Below are positions 12,840 through 23,714 of a stretch of 64,000 nucleotides of DNA, in pieces. The first letter of the stretch is position 1. Each line of letters begins with the position of its first letter. Under the pieces are notes generated by a model. That model saw only the letters and a program-made list of their open reading frames with translations, did not search any database and had not been told where the DNA came from. Position numbers and translations under genes: made by a program. This stretch comes from Corallochytrium limacisporum Hawaii (Eukaryota; Protista; Pluriformea), in the NCBI GenBank assembly GCA_002811645.1, contig PDIP01000043.1, positions 160,934 to 224,933 on the forward strand. The letters run 5' to 3'.

Positions 12840-13137
12840 NNNNNNNNNNNNNNNNNNNNNNNNNNNNNNNNNNNNNNNNNNNNNNNNNNNNNNNNNNNNN
12901 NNNNNNNNNNNNNNNNNNNNNNNNNNNNNNNNNNNNNNNNNNNNNNNNNNNNNNNNNNNNNNNNNNNNNNNNNNNNNNNNNNNNNNNNNNNNNNNNNNNN
13001 NNNNNNNNNNNNNNNNNNNNNNNNNNNNNNNNNNNNNNNNNNNNNNNNNNNNNNNNNNNNNNNNNNNNNNNNNNNNNNNNNNNNNNNNNNNNNNNNNNNN
13101 NNNNNNNNNNNNNNNNNNNNNNNNNNNNNNNNNNNNN
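12840..13137. other. Assembly gap (N run) flanked by C-runs
   Basis: N run with C-tracts (cccct repeats) on both sides. Confidence 0.99.
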
Positions 13138-13799
13138 CCTCCCCTCCCCTCCCCTCCCCTCCACCCCGGCCCGCGGCCCCCGGGGAAGGGGGAGGGGGAG
13201 CCTGCTCCCGTCACTTCCCTCCCCCTCCCACCAACGCTCGAGCCTCCTGTCTCGCCTTTTGTCGTCACACCCCCTCTCCGTGTCAGCTCTTCATAGCAAA
13301 ATAAAGGCCCCGTACCCGTTCCGAAATTACCCTGCAAAATTATACGCAGCGCCCGGCGCTCTCACCCCTCCCTCCCCCTTGTTCGAGCTCCTGTCTCTCA
13401 TTTTCGGCCGACTCACAGTTTTTTTTTTCCCTTTCGTCTCCCCCTCCCGGCGCTTGAGCCGGGAGGGGGCAGTAGGGAGCTACCTCTCGAGATCCTTTTC
13501 GTCAGCAGTGGGAGACACCAAAAGTTCACAAGAGCATCGTGATCCATTATGGACATGCACCATACCCACACTTAGTTTGGTGAGAATTGCTGTGGCGGCG
13601 TACTGTTTGGCTGCGGTCATGATCGTTTCGGAGAAAGCACTCTGAGGGAGCGGAGACTGTGATGTGGATTGCTATGGATGTGTGTATTTTGGAATGAATG
13701 ATACGGAATTATGTCGAGTTGATAATGTCTGTTTGAAGGAAATACAGGAAATCCTGCTTTCATTGCTTCGTTGCCATGTCGCAACACATGCTGCCAAGT

Positions 13800-14567
13800 T
13801 CAGAGATTGGAGTATACTGTAATAAGCACGATAAGTACGACAATGAGGACAATGATAGTGCACGTCTGTTTCTTGTCGTCCTGATTCATGAGGAGCTTGT
13901 CTACCCGCTTGGCCAGGGTCTTCAGTCGGCTATCAGCTACCTCTATGTCGTCACCGAGATCATCCATAAGCACAGCTTGATGATCCAGTTCAGTGCCCAT
14001 TTCCGCCCCCATGACCTTCATCCTTCCCAAGGACTGTCCGATGTGAGTGAGCTGTTGATCCTGCTCACGATACATCATCTGTTGCTCTGTGAATTGATCG
14101 TTCATGTACCGATCATTGTCTCGTTCAAGTTCTTCCTCGAGGCGTTTATACTTTCCATTGGCACGGCTTCCTCCTCCGCCATTAGACTGGTTCAATGTGC
14201 CCATCAGAGCACTGCGGCCGGTCTGTTCATGTTTGTTCTTGGCTTTGGTTGAGGTCAACGCCGCGCTGATACGACTAATTTCGCGGCGTGTGTCCTGCAC
14301 AAACGCCTTCCGTTCCGCTACTTCATGTGGGCTCACATTGAATTTCAGGGGGTTCTTCTCGACCGCAGCAATGGTCTCCTCTAGATCATCTACATCCCAC
14401 TCTATGCTGCGCAGATTGTTCTTCAAGTCATTTGTGGTCCATTCAAATTCTTCGTATGTCCCGGCCGTCGGTGCATTAAATAGATGCTGCCACCGCTGGT
14501 ATTGTTGCCTTGATTGCTGTAAGGCATCTTCAACATTCTTTTTCACCACAAAGAATGGGTCCTCCAT
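13800..14567 (-). CDS. STX6: Syntaxin-6/Tlg1-type Qc-SNARE
   Basis: N-terminal EDPFFVVK...LRSIEWDVDDLEETI..VEKNP.KF (Syntaxin-6_N), SNARE motif EQDQQL...MGTELDHQ..LMDDL, C-terminal TM anchor. Confidence 0.93.
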   Translation of the reverse strand: MEDPFFVVKKNVEDALQQSRQQYQRWQHLFNAPTAGTYEEFEWTTNDLKNNLRSIEWDVDDLEETIAAVEKNPLKFNVSPHEVAERKAFVQDTRREISRISAALTSTKAKNKHEQTGRSALMGTLNQSNGGGGSRANGKYKRLEEELERDNDRYMNDQFTEQQMMYREQDQQLTHIGQSLGRMKVMGAEMGTELDHQAVLMDDLGDDIEVADSRLKTLAKRVDKLLMNQDDKKQTCTIIVLIVVLIVLITVYSNL

Positions 14568-15194
14568 GGTGGATTTTCTAAATTGTCCACGTAGGTTACA
14601 ATAAGTCTAGTTACTATTTCAGAATTGTACACGTAACATTTGTGGGGTCGCCAAACCTAGTTCAGTTATTCTGTTTTATTCCCTTTCACAGATTCATACT
14701 TCTAACGTTAACCATAAATTTATAGCATAAACCTTCAAATATTGAATAGCAGCAACCCAAGGGATCTCCTGTCCGCTTCTGCTTCTTACTAAGCCATTGT
14801 TATGATTTTACACCCGGCGTCGTCAATCCCATTGCCCGAAGTACCGGACGGTAGGGTTATATGGACAACACAAAATCAAAAAGCCCTAGTGAAACTATGG
14901 ACACTGGGCCCGGTTGATGTACGGAGGAGAAAATGGGAAGTGGGGATGCGAGAGAAGGTGTACCTAAAGGAAAAAAGCTGGTGGAAATCGGGTAGTAGTG
15001 GGGAAGTGTACCCTCTGCGGAAGAAACAGACCCAGAGTCCCTCCCTAACCCACCCCTCTCGGAACCGGTTGCTGTGACAAATGGACTCCTGGGACACCCT
15101 TTGGGCACCCCCAGCCAAAAGGGAAGGGGTAGGGCCACGGGTCGCCTTTCTGGAGACCCGCCAGCAAGCGACGGGAGGTGCCTTTGTATTGAGG

Positions 15195-15301
15195 GTATGA
15201 AATGGGGAAGGGTATCACCACTGTTCCTGCCGTATTCTAGTAGTTTAATGTTTATCTGGACCGTAGTTAAGCAGTGGACTATACAGCCCATGCTCATTTA
15301 G
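15195..15301 (+). other. Predicted 5'-UTR intron (coiled-coil gene)
   Basis: GG|GTATGA ... CTCATtTAG|gacttgaccATG. Confidence 0.5.
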
Positions 15302-15310
15302 GACTTGACC

Positions 15311-16474
15311 ATGGTGTACCTCGATCCGGACCTGCTGAGACCGGGACGATCTGTTCTGGATCCTGCCAATATTCTGGCAGATTACTATGAAAATAAGCCA
15401 GTGCCAGAGTCAACGCCATTGATTTTGTACGTCGATGATGAGGTGGTTTGCCGTAGCAATGGGGTGGACTGTGCTTCGCAGACGGAGAAGATAGACGTTG
15501 GGTGCACACGAGAGGAGCTGAATCTCGTGGCAGCCCTCTTGTTCGGGAGTGAAGAACCAAGAGTGGCAGCAAGACAAGGCACTACGGTATCAGACGAAGC
15601 TATTACAAGGCATATATTTCTCCCACAAGGTTGGTTCTGCCAGAAGACAGCACCTGGACGGTATCGTATGCACTGGAGCGACGGCAATGGTAGCATTCGC
15701 GAGTTTGACAGCGCGGACGCAATGAGGATCGTTGCTGCCAGTAAGGAAGCAGTGGATCTGATCGATAGCAAGGACCCTTTTGTAACAGTACGCAGGCGTA
15801 CACAGGAAGCAAAGCTACGGAGCAACAATATTGAAGGGTCGAAATCAACACCTCTGAAGGCAAAAGGAGGTGAGGTCATGAGCCAATATGAGTTGCCTTG
15901 GACACATGAGGATCTTAGGGCCTTGAGGCAGATCTGGGCCAAGGATCACGAGGCCTGTAAGCACCTGTACATTGAGCGGAATGCCTGGAGGCGCAAAGAG
16001 GAGCTTTTGATGAACGAGATTCAACGTCTCGGAAAGAAACTCGAAATGAAACTTGGCGGTCACAGAAGGGGCGACTGTATAGAGAGTGTACATAAGGAAT
16101 TGAACGCCAAGTACCGGCTCCTCTTGGGGCGTTCGCGTAGCGAAATGAGTCACATGACCAAGTTGTTGATGGAAATCGACGAAGACCGTAGAAACTTGGC
16201 TCGTGACAACGCAGGTATGCAACATCGCATGACGGTACTAGAGACGACAACAAGGCGGGAACGTGTGCGATTCCTCGAGCGCATGGAGAGAATGGAAGAT
16301 ATCATGAGAAGGACGCTGGAACGGCAGAGAAAGGAAGAAAATGACAGTACCTTGGCGTGGAAGCAACGCTTACAAGTAGCCCAACAGAAGATCGTCAACC
16401 TGGAGTCACATTTACAGAGACTGCGTGGTTACCTTAGCCAGAAAGAGGAAACCAGCCTTGAATGTATCCCATAA
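15311..16474 (+). CDS. Uncharacterised protein with long C-terminal coiled coil
   Basis: 387-aa ORF starting ACCATGG after a TAG acceptor-like site. E/R/K/L-rich heptad C-terminal half. No family recognised. Confidence 0.75.
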   Translation: MVYLDPDLLRPGRSVLDPANILADYYENKPVPESTPLILYVDDEVVCRSNGVDCASQTEKIDVGCTREELNLVAALLFGSEEPRVAARQGTTVSDEAITRHIFLPQGWFCQKTAPGRYRMHWSDGNGSIREFDSADAMRIVAASKEAVDLIDSKDPFVTVRRRTQEAKLRSNNIEGSKSTPLKAKGGEVMSQYELPWTHEDLRALRQIWAKDHEACKHLYIERNAWRRKEELLMNEIQRLGKKLEMKLGGHRRGDCIESVHKELNAKYRLLLGRSRSEMSHMTKLLMEIDEDRRNLARDNAGMQHRMTVLETTTRRERVRFLERMERMEDIMRRTLERQRKEENDSTLAWKQRLQVAQQKIVNLESHLQRLRGYLSQKEETSLECIP

Positions 16475-16633
16475 CGAAGAGGTACTAACAGAAGTATGAT
16501 ATGTAACGCCGGGTTCATAAGACTACGCTTTAAAACTTTTTGCGGAAGATTAAAAGAAATCAAAACAACCAGGTAACGCTCTGAGCTGACCAAAACCGAT
16601 CCCGCGGTTTTCTGTTGTTGTCAGTTTTAATAA

Positions 16634-16933
16634 TTAGTTAATGTTTCCTTGAGGGATGTTCATGGAGATGTCCTCTCCTGTAACTCCCCAACTGGCCCAA
16701 TTCTTTTGATAGATGACAATCCATGTGATGAAACCAGCAAGATACACAAGCGCTCCGGCCAAAGAGAACGTGACGTAGAACTTAAACTTAGCCTGATTCG
16801 GCGAGGGTTTAAAGAAGGCTTCCCTGTAGAACCAGTACACGTTCACCAGCCACACCCAGGGCAGGAAAAAGAAACCGCAGATCCAATACACCCGGGCCCA
16901 TTTGAGCTTTACTTCTTCTTTCATGCGCGGCAT
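16634..16933 (-). CDS. PSENEN: Gamma-secretase subunit PEN-2 (99 aa)
   Basis: KLKWARVYWICGFFFLPWVWLVNVYWFYREAF...WGVTGEDISMNIPQG matches the PEN-2 pattern ([21 protein letters not shown]...WGALGDYLSFTIPLG). Start set at ACCATG 16933 to match family length. Confidence 0.93.
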   Translation of the reverse strand: MPRMKEEVKLKWARVYWICGFFFLPWVWLVNVYWFYREAFFKPSPNQAKFKFYVTFSLAGALVYLAGFITWIVIYQKNWASWGVTGEDISMNIPQGNIN

Positions 16934-18045
16934 GGTGTATAGTGTTTCGTGCCGTCCTAATGATGCCCCACTAATGTCCTTACGCCGTACAGTTCCGAGA
17001 CGGTGGTGAATAGCCTGGAGCACCTTGTATACCTCCACGAATATGAGACACCCCTTCCAGATCTTTCCAGTTGTTCCAGTTTCATCCACAAAGCACATGG
17101 AAGCAGCCCACATACACATGTCACGTTCACGCAGGGGCACCGTCGAATCCGAATGCGTTCCCGAGAACACTGTCCTCATTCACAAAGGACCCGCGAGCAG
17201 GCACACAAAAAAACCCGTTCTGCTCCGGTCTTTTTTTTGCTTTCCACTCTCTCTTACCCGTTTCCTCCGGCATTACTCTACGAGCACTGCCCGTGCCCAA
17301 AAAAGGGCACCGTCCCCCGCAACAGGAAGAGAAGAACACAGAAAAGCATAAAAAAAAGAGTGAGAGAGAGCGAGAGAGAGAGAGAAAAGAAAAGAAATGA
17401 AACGAAGGGACCATGGACGGTTCGTTCACAAAGGAGGGAAAAAAAAAAGAAGAAAAAAAGCAGGCAGATTAGAACAGAAAGTTGAGACGCAGAAGACCCG
17501 AGTTGGGGTGTAGAAGCACACCAAGGAAACCAACCAAAGAGAAAAACCTTTGGTTTAGAAGGAAAGAACGCAGTGCTCTACGTTCAGGACAGACGAAGAA
17601 AGACAAAGGAAAACGAAAAAAAGGAAAACGGAAAGCGACGAAGGCCAGCGCGACCCCACAGAGAACGTAGCGAAAGAGAGAGTGTGTGTGTAAGTGAGAG
17701 AGAGCAAAGGAACGCAGAACCCATCCCGCGCTTGCGTATCTGATGTTCGTCAAGGGGGGCCCCCACTAACTACTTAACTTCCACCAGTCGGGGAGACCCA
17801 CCACCCCATCCCATTCTTTGCCGGCCGCCCATTCCTTATTTTCCCTTTTAACTCTTCTTTTTTTTTTGCTGTTTCCCTTGGTTTTTTTTTTGCTCTTTGT
17901 TCACCCCCCCCTCCGGGCCGGGGAGAGAGGAGGGAAGAGTACAGTCCCGGGGTTCTTCACTCTTCCAGCTTACGCCCCGCGTAGTGACATTACCGGAAAA
18001 ACTCCATTTTCGTATGGGCCCAGTGTGAAATCATTCCGCTGGACT

Positions 18046-18060
18046 CCCCCCCCCGGGGGG
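18046..18060. promoter_or_regulatory. C9G6 poly(C)-poly(G) palindrome (upstream of PEN-2)
   Basis: ctCCCCCCCCCGGGGGGag; member of a recurrent intergenic motif. Confidence 0.45.
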
Positions 18061-18666
18061 AGCTCGGCCCGGGTTCCCTTTTTCTGTTTTTTTTTCCTTT
18101 CTTTTTCCTTCCGGGACAAACAACAACGGGGCTCCCGCTTTGGGTTTCCTAACCCCATTCTTTTAATACTGAGCCGTGTTTCTCTCAGCGTGTGGGAATT
18201 GGGGGTGGGAGGTTTGGTTGGTGGGTGGGTGTGAGAGAGGGTAGCTCATTTCGTGCCGGTGGACGTAACCACCCAGCCTCGGAGGCAGACACGGACCATT
18301 GACGTCTTTTGCCCTTTGGCTTGGAAAAAAAAAGGGGGGGCGCACTGACTGTCGTACGTACTGTACCTGCTGCATCCCCCCCCCTCCCCACCCTGACAAC
18401 CACGGGAGGAAAAGAATAACGAAGAGAGGGGGGAGACAGAGAAAAGAGAGCGAGTGTAGTGTCTCTGAAGAGAGAGACAGAGGGGGAGCCCGGTGTCCGA
18501 ACCGGAGAAGCGGTGCATATAGTTCGCAAGCCCGGCGTGTGCCCAATTTGCGATCCCGTATATCAAAATTTCCAGTGCGGGAGACAGGTTTCGGGGAACA
18601 GTTTGGCTTATTGTGGAGAGTATACGTCTATGTATGTATGTACTTGACAATGAGTGCATGAGTCAT

Positions 18667-21609
18667 TTATGCGGGACGATGATAGGCATAGAGGCCTGGG
18701 TAATGCAACTGGAACAGACAGTCCTCAGACAGAGTGTCGAGAACCTTTGCTCGTTCCTGGCCCTGGGTGAGGACGCGTTTCTTGCCATCGGCAAAGACGG
18801 GTACCTGCTCCATGTGGCAAGAGATGGTAGATCGACGTAGCATCATGCGCTTGCGGCTACTATTCAAGGATCTGCGCTCCGAGGCGATGGCTGAGTTCGT
18901 ATCTGCACCGCCTTCTTCCACACCAGCAACTTCGCTTTGCTCGGGTTCGTCGCCAGCTATGACGTCCGTAAGCTCCCGAGTGAAGTTGTCACGAACAAAG
19001 TGCTGCTTCAAGAAGTCAGATAGGGCACTCTCAGCGTTTTGCGCCTGTTTCTCCATGCGACTGTCAAAGTCCTGGCCACTGGGTTCGTTGACAAGTCCCA
19101 TACTAGCAGGTGCCTTTCTGCTGAAGTCATGTTGTTGGGGCTCCCTCTCGCGTAGAAGTACCTCTCGGAAGTCCTTGATAGAGGTCGTTGTGGTGACGTG
19201 TTCGGCCATCTTGCGTCCAAAATCACTCGCCCTGCGGGTGAAGTTGAACGATCTTGGTGTATGGTGCAGCGTCGATGAGCGTGACCTACCGCGGGCCGCA
19301 ATGTCACTGCGTCGATTAGCCATAATATCCTGGACAGAATAGCTGGCATTCTTTAGCACAGTGTCCGCTTCGAGCAGAGACATCAACTCGTCAGGTAGCA
19401 GGTACATGTTTGGTGATGCTGATGTGTACTCTGGCACAGTCTCATAGTGACCATGGGCAATCGCGTGTACCTGCACAGGATCTCTAGTTACGTGAATGAT
19501 TGTGTCCTTGTAGTTACTGCACGCCTCCCGGAGCTTCTCATTCACGGGGTAAATCTCACCCTCATCAAGGCCGGCGACGGCAGAACTGATTCGCACGTCC
19601 TCCCTCAATGATGCGCTTTCTATAATTTCCGCAGGCTTCGCAACTTCACGGCGTTTCTGAAGAATGCTGTCAATTTTAGCCTGCAGACTTTGGTTCTTAG
19701 TGCGCCTACCCAGGAAGTCAAAGTAGTGCAGAGAAAGCAGTTCAAGCACAAAGATGGCAGTCTGCGGTGCGGCGGGTGGCACTTGGATACCCTCTGCGTT
19801 CTCCTCAGATTGCTCCTCTGCCACATCCTTGCCAAGAATATGATAACTGTACGCCTGCATTGCGAGCATGACTTGTGCAGTCTGCAGAGCATCGATGTAT
19901 CCAAAGTACGATGTCAGCTCATTCAGTGTCTGGTAGGCATTGAAAACGTCTTGAGCGGGATCAACAGGACGCATAAGGGATTCGACAATGGTCTGGCGGA
20001 GATATCTGCAGTTTTTGCGGAAGAAGCTCTCATCACTAATAGGAATGTCCAGGGAGAGGTGTCGCTCTTTGGGTCCCTCGAGAGTGATGGACATCTTCTT
20101 GCCCTCTTCATCAAGGTCTGTTTCCTCCAGAATGGTCGATGAAGCATGATGCAAATTACAGGCGGCCTCGCCAACTAATTTACGCAAGGTCAAGTGGGCG
20201 AGCTGGCGCACTTCGCAATTATTCTCTTTCATGCCACGGGTAATCTCGGTGAGCACAGGCGGAATCAGGAGCTTGTGTAGACTGTTGCACGTATAGGACA
20301 TGCACATTTCATAGATTACACGCAGGACCACCTTGCGGCGTTCAATGGCTTGTTCGCCACTCTCAGAATTGTCGGCGGACATGCGATCTGCTACAACTTC
20401 GAGAGTCTCAGTTTGGTTAAACTCCGGGATGCGAGTAGCCAGCAACCCAATGGACGTTATAAGTTTTCTCCGGAACTCCTCTTCTTCCTTTACGCGCTCT
20501 CCGGTACTCTTGTGGCCAATTTCCAAACTTTCGAACAACAAGTATGCATGCGTGCTAATAATCTCAACAACAGAGGGACCAATGGGGCCCTTGGACAACT
20601 CAAGAACATCTACCAAGGTTTGCACAACATTAATCTTCGTTGCGGGGGGCAATTCCTTTGAGTTCTGATTTAGGTAGGACACCAGCTGACCCAGCGCAGC
20701 CTTGTGGTAAGTTTGCTGCATGTGCGCAAATATCAGAGCCAAGGCTTCATAGGCAAAGCCACCTTTGTCCCAATCATGGAATTCGCTGAAGAAAAGCAGC
20801 GTCGGCTTCAAGAAGCTACTCATGTTGCCCCAATTGGTCCTCGCAGCAATGTCGGTAAGAACGACCTGAGCCTGGCGCCGCAGAGAGTCTTCACCAGCCA
20901 TATCCCCGCTCGCCGCGTGTAGTCTCTGCATTTCCACTCCCTGTGTCTGTTCTGTGGGTCGACTGTTGTCTGCCACAACACCCGGCTCACTACCTTGTTC
21001 CTTGAGGTTAAACAGAATAGCAGGAAGAACTTTGTCAGCACTGTCCCACATGTTCAGATAGTTGTCTTCGAAGGTCTTGTTGATTGCTGCACGCAATGCC
21101 TTCAGACCTGCCATGCGGACACGGACCGTGTCGCTTGTGTTGCCTTCCGATGTGTACCAGCACATTTGGCTAAATTTTGACATGAAGAAATCGTAGTGAG
21201 TCTGGTATTCGCTGACTTCTTCCTTGATTCGGGCAAAGTTGACAAACGAGTCAGCGGCAACAACCTGGTAGTCAACATCAGTGGACTCTAAGAGAGTTTC
21301 GATCATGCGCAGTACGCTTCCTCCGAAGAGCCCCAGGTGCTCATGACATGCCTGAACCAATTCGTCCATTGCATTCATGGCAATCAAGACATATTCCTTT
21401 TTGCCCTTCTGCAGATATTTGTAGTGCTTCTTCTCAAAGCACTTGCCGATAGCAGGCAAATGTTGGCTGGTGAGAAGCGCATAGTAAATCAACTTCTGCA
21501 TTCCACTATTATTGAGCCCATCCTCGGCCTTTTTAGGGAAACACCCATTCACCAAGCGAATGTAACGCTTGATGGGCGAGGGTGGTGCCCCACATGAACA
21601 GAGACCCAT
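18667..21609 (-). CDS. EFR3: EFR3 (plasma-membrane PI4KIIIalpha scaffold, ARM-like)
   Basis: N-terminal MGLCSCG (lipidation cysteines), KRYIRLVNGCFP, KLIYYA, IAMNAMDELVQACH, SFVNFARIKEE...YDFFMSKFSQMC, RMAGLKAL. Confidence 0.9.
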   Translation of the reverse strand: MGLCSCGAPPSPIKRYIRLVNGCFPKKAEDGLNNSGMQKLIYYALLTSQHLPAIGKCFEKKHYKYLQKGKKEYVLIAMNAMDELVQACHEHLGLFGGSVLRMIETLLESTDVDYQVVAADSFVNFARIKEEVSEYQTHYDFFMSKFSQMCWYTSEGNTSDTVRVRMAGLKALRAAINKTFEDNYLNMWDSADKVLPAILFNLKEQGSEPGVVADNSRPTEQTQGVEMQRLHAASGDMAGEDSLRRQAQVVLTDIAARTNWGNMSSFLKPTLLFFSEFHDWDKGGFAYEALALIFAHMQQTYHKAALGQLVSYLNQNSKELPPATKINVVQTLVDVLELSKGPIGPSVVEIISTHAYLLFESLEIGHKSTGERVKEEEEFRRKLITSIGLLATRIPEFNQTETLEVVADRMSADNSESGEQAIERRKVVLRVIYEMCMSYTCNSLHKLLIPPVLTEITRGMKENNCEVRQLAHLTLRKLVGEAACNLHHASSTILEETDLDEEGKKMSITLEGPKERHLSLDIPISDESFFRKNCRYLRQTIVESLMRPVDPAQDVFNAYQTLNELTSYFGYIDALQTAQVMLAMQAYSYHILGKDVAEEQSEENAEGIQVPPAAPQTAIFVLELLSLHYFDFLGRRTKNQSLQAKIDSILQKRREVAKPAEIIESASLREDVRISSAVAGLDEGEIYPVNEKLREACSNYKDTIIHVTRDPVQVHAIAHGHYETVPEYTSASPNMYLLPDELMSLLEADTVLKNASYSVQDIMANRRSDIAARGRSRSSTLHHTPRSFNFTRRASDFGRKMAEHVTTTTSIKDFREVLLREREPQQHDFSRKAPASMGLVNEPSGQDFDSRMEKQAQNAESALSDFLKQHFVRDNFTRELTDVIAGDEPEQSEVAGVEEGGADTNSAIASERRSLNSSRKRMMLRRSTISCHMEQVPVFADGKKRVLTQGQERAKVLDTLSEDCLFQLHYPGLYAYHRPA

Positions 21610-21622
21610 GGCGGATCTCACT

Positions 21623-21893
21623 CTGTATCCTGATTATGCGATGCACAGAGCCATCTCCTTGGCATATTCAAAAGTCAGAAAGATCATCAACACGTGTTTC
21701 TCATAGATGAAGATCATCAACCCTGAAGGACCTTGGCAAATATTGTCAGGAATGTCCATGAAGTGACTCCCGTCCGAGGCCGTGTCCCTACGCTCCAAAG
21801 CAGTGGCTTGTCCTAGTGTTTTCGTTAGCGACTCAAGGTACTCTGAACCTGGGCGGAGCAAAATGGGGAACACTTCCCGACCGGGGATCTTAC
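21623..21893 (-). other. Predicted 5'-UTR intron of EFR3 (second candidate 21918-21974)
   Basis: GG|GTAAGA ... CAG at 21630 or 21623. Its removal eliminates several upstream ATGs. Upstream AT-rich G|GTACCG...tttaCAG at 21974-21918. Confidence 0.5.
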
Positions 21894-22253
21894 CCACCGC
21901 TTGGGAATCTTAATTAACTGTAAATATGTTTGTTATGGTTTCAGTTAATTTTTAGAAACGGCACTTGACGGTACCAAAAAAGCCCCCACGCCATTTCCGG
22001 TGTTTTGATTGGTGGAAAACACTTTTTGGCTTTTGCACCCAGTTAGCAAAGCGAGCAAAGGCGGGGAGCTGTTGGAATCCGCAGTGAAACTATGGTGGCG
22101 AGCCCTCAAAAAGGAAAATATTACCATCTCTTTGAGTCCCTTTTACTTCGCGACGGAACAAAAAAGCCGGAACAGACTTGTTGCTTCGATGGGAGGTCGC
22201 ATGTGAATGCGATTTTGGTACACGCTTTCTTTTGAAGGTGGGAGAAACAGAAG

Positions 22254-22275
22254 CCCCCCCCCCACCCCCAGGGGG
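22254..22275. promoter_or_regulatory. C-run/G-run element in EFR3/PDCL3 divergent promoter
   Basis: C10-A-C5-A-G5 between head-to-head genes. Confidence 0.45.
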
Positions 22276-22538
22276 AGAAAAGAATCCCTCTCTGTGGGCG
22301 CGCTGCGAGACGGAGCCGATTGCCAAAGAAACGTTGGAAACATTCGGGAAAGCACAACACGCCAGCCAAAGAGACATGGTGCGGCAATTTGGGAATCGTA
22401 ACTGAGGCTACGGTGGCATAGAATGATTTATGATCTGGTGTTTAAAATGTCATGGTTAGAAAATTGTTGTGAACTAAGTTCTTCTGTAACAACCCTGTTA
22501 ATGTCACTGGGACTGTGAATACTTGGTACACTGTCACT

Positions 22539-23243
22539 ATGCAGAACCCTGATGAAGATACCGAATGGAACGATGCCCTGCGTCGGCATGGTATCATTCC
22601 TGAGAAGAAGAAGGAGGCTGAAATCACTGAGGAGCAGCTAACTCAGATGATCGAAGAAACCATCAAGAAGAAAACTGGTCAGAAGGACGCGGAGGACATG
22701 ACTCTCGACGAACTCGACGAACTCGACGACATGGACGACGAACGGGAGTTTGAAAAATACCGCCAGCAGCGCCTAGCTGAGCTGAAGGAGAAGCAGGCCC
22801 GTGCTAAATTTGGAAGCCTGCGAGAGATCTCCAAGCCGGACTACGTTAAGGAGGTGAATCAGGCTGGTCCTGGCGTCTGGGTGGTCCTCTTCTTGTATCA
22901 GCCTGCTCACACTCAGTGCAAGCTTCTCACTCAGCACCTGCGCAGACTCGCAGCTCGTTTCCCTGCGACCAAATTCCTGCAGATCGTGAGCACAAATTGT
23001 GTTGAGAGCTGGCCCGACCGCAACCTACCCGCCATGTTCATCTATCACGAGGGCCAGATGAAGCAACAGATCGTTGGTCTGGAAACCATGGGAGGCAACG
23101 ACACCACTGAGCGAGATGTTGAATGGTGTCTTAAGCAGGTTGGAGCTGTAGAATCGGAAATGGAAGAAAATCCTCGCTCTAAGTATGCTATTCGGGATGC
23201 CATGGACAGCAGTTTGATCACCCAGTCGGTCTTGAAGGCCTAA
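22539..23243 (+). CDS. PDCL3: Phosducin-like protein 2/3 (PhLP2A/VIAF, CCT co-chaperone)
   Basis: MQNPDEDTEWNDALRRHGIIP, KYRQQRLAE, FGSLREIS..DYVKEVNQAG, thioredoxin-fold C-terminus. Confidence 0.93.
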   Translation: MQNPDEDTEWNDALRRHGIIPEKKKEAEITEEQLTQMIEETIKKKTGQKDAEDMTLDELDELDDMDDEREFEKYRQQRLAELKEKQARAKFGSLREISKPDYVKEVNQAGPGVWVVLFLYQPAHTQCKLLTQHLRRLAARFPATKFLQIVSTNCVESWPDRNLPAMFIYHEGQMKQQIVGLETMGGNDTTERDVEWCLKQVGAVESEMEENPRSKYAIRDAMDSSLITQSVLKA

Positions 23244-23714
23244 GTGGACCAGACAGCAAGACCAGGTTAAAGAAAGCAGCTTTCTATACTGTAAAGGGCA
23301 GTACATACATATCTTGATTAGATCATCGTCATCTGTAAGTTGTATACATGTCATGTCGCCTACTTGCATAAGACTCCTACATTCTGTATGTGCGTCCATC
23401 GGGAAGGCAAACTAGCGTACACTATCCGCCACACCCCTCCCCCCTTCACTTTCAAGCTGACGCTCGCCCGCTGCCTATTTCCCCGCGTTTTTCTTCTACC
23501 CGCAGTCGCTATGGGGCCCCACAGACAGAAATGTAATAGAAATCCTACAATAAGCAGAGGAGGCGGATTCCGTTTTGTGTTTGTCCCCATTGGAAGGTAC
23601 TTAGGACCAGCCACGGAAAAGATCATAGCATTTAGTCGTTTGAGTCAATGTCTCCTGTTGGTTTACTCATCTAGCAACATCCTCATGGTCTAGCCTCGGC
23701 TGGTCCAATCAGAT

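Noticed and set aside
7828-13337. Long ORFs spanning N gaps (e.g. 7828-8619, 8147-9112, 12324-13337; also 30159-30670)
   Set aside because: They are open only because of Ns and low-complexity G/C/A tracts, and have no protein-like content.
16934-17179. 82-aa N-terminal extension of PEN-2 in the ORF track (likewise TCTP 25560-25649)
   Set aside because: Not homologous to the family. It lies in leader or predicted-intron sequence, and the downstream ATG matches the family start.
21634-21897. 87-aa ORF upstream of EFR3
   Set aside because: GTG start, no homology, and it coincides with a predicted leader intron.
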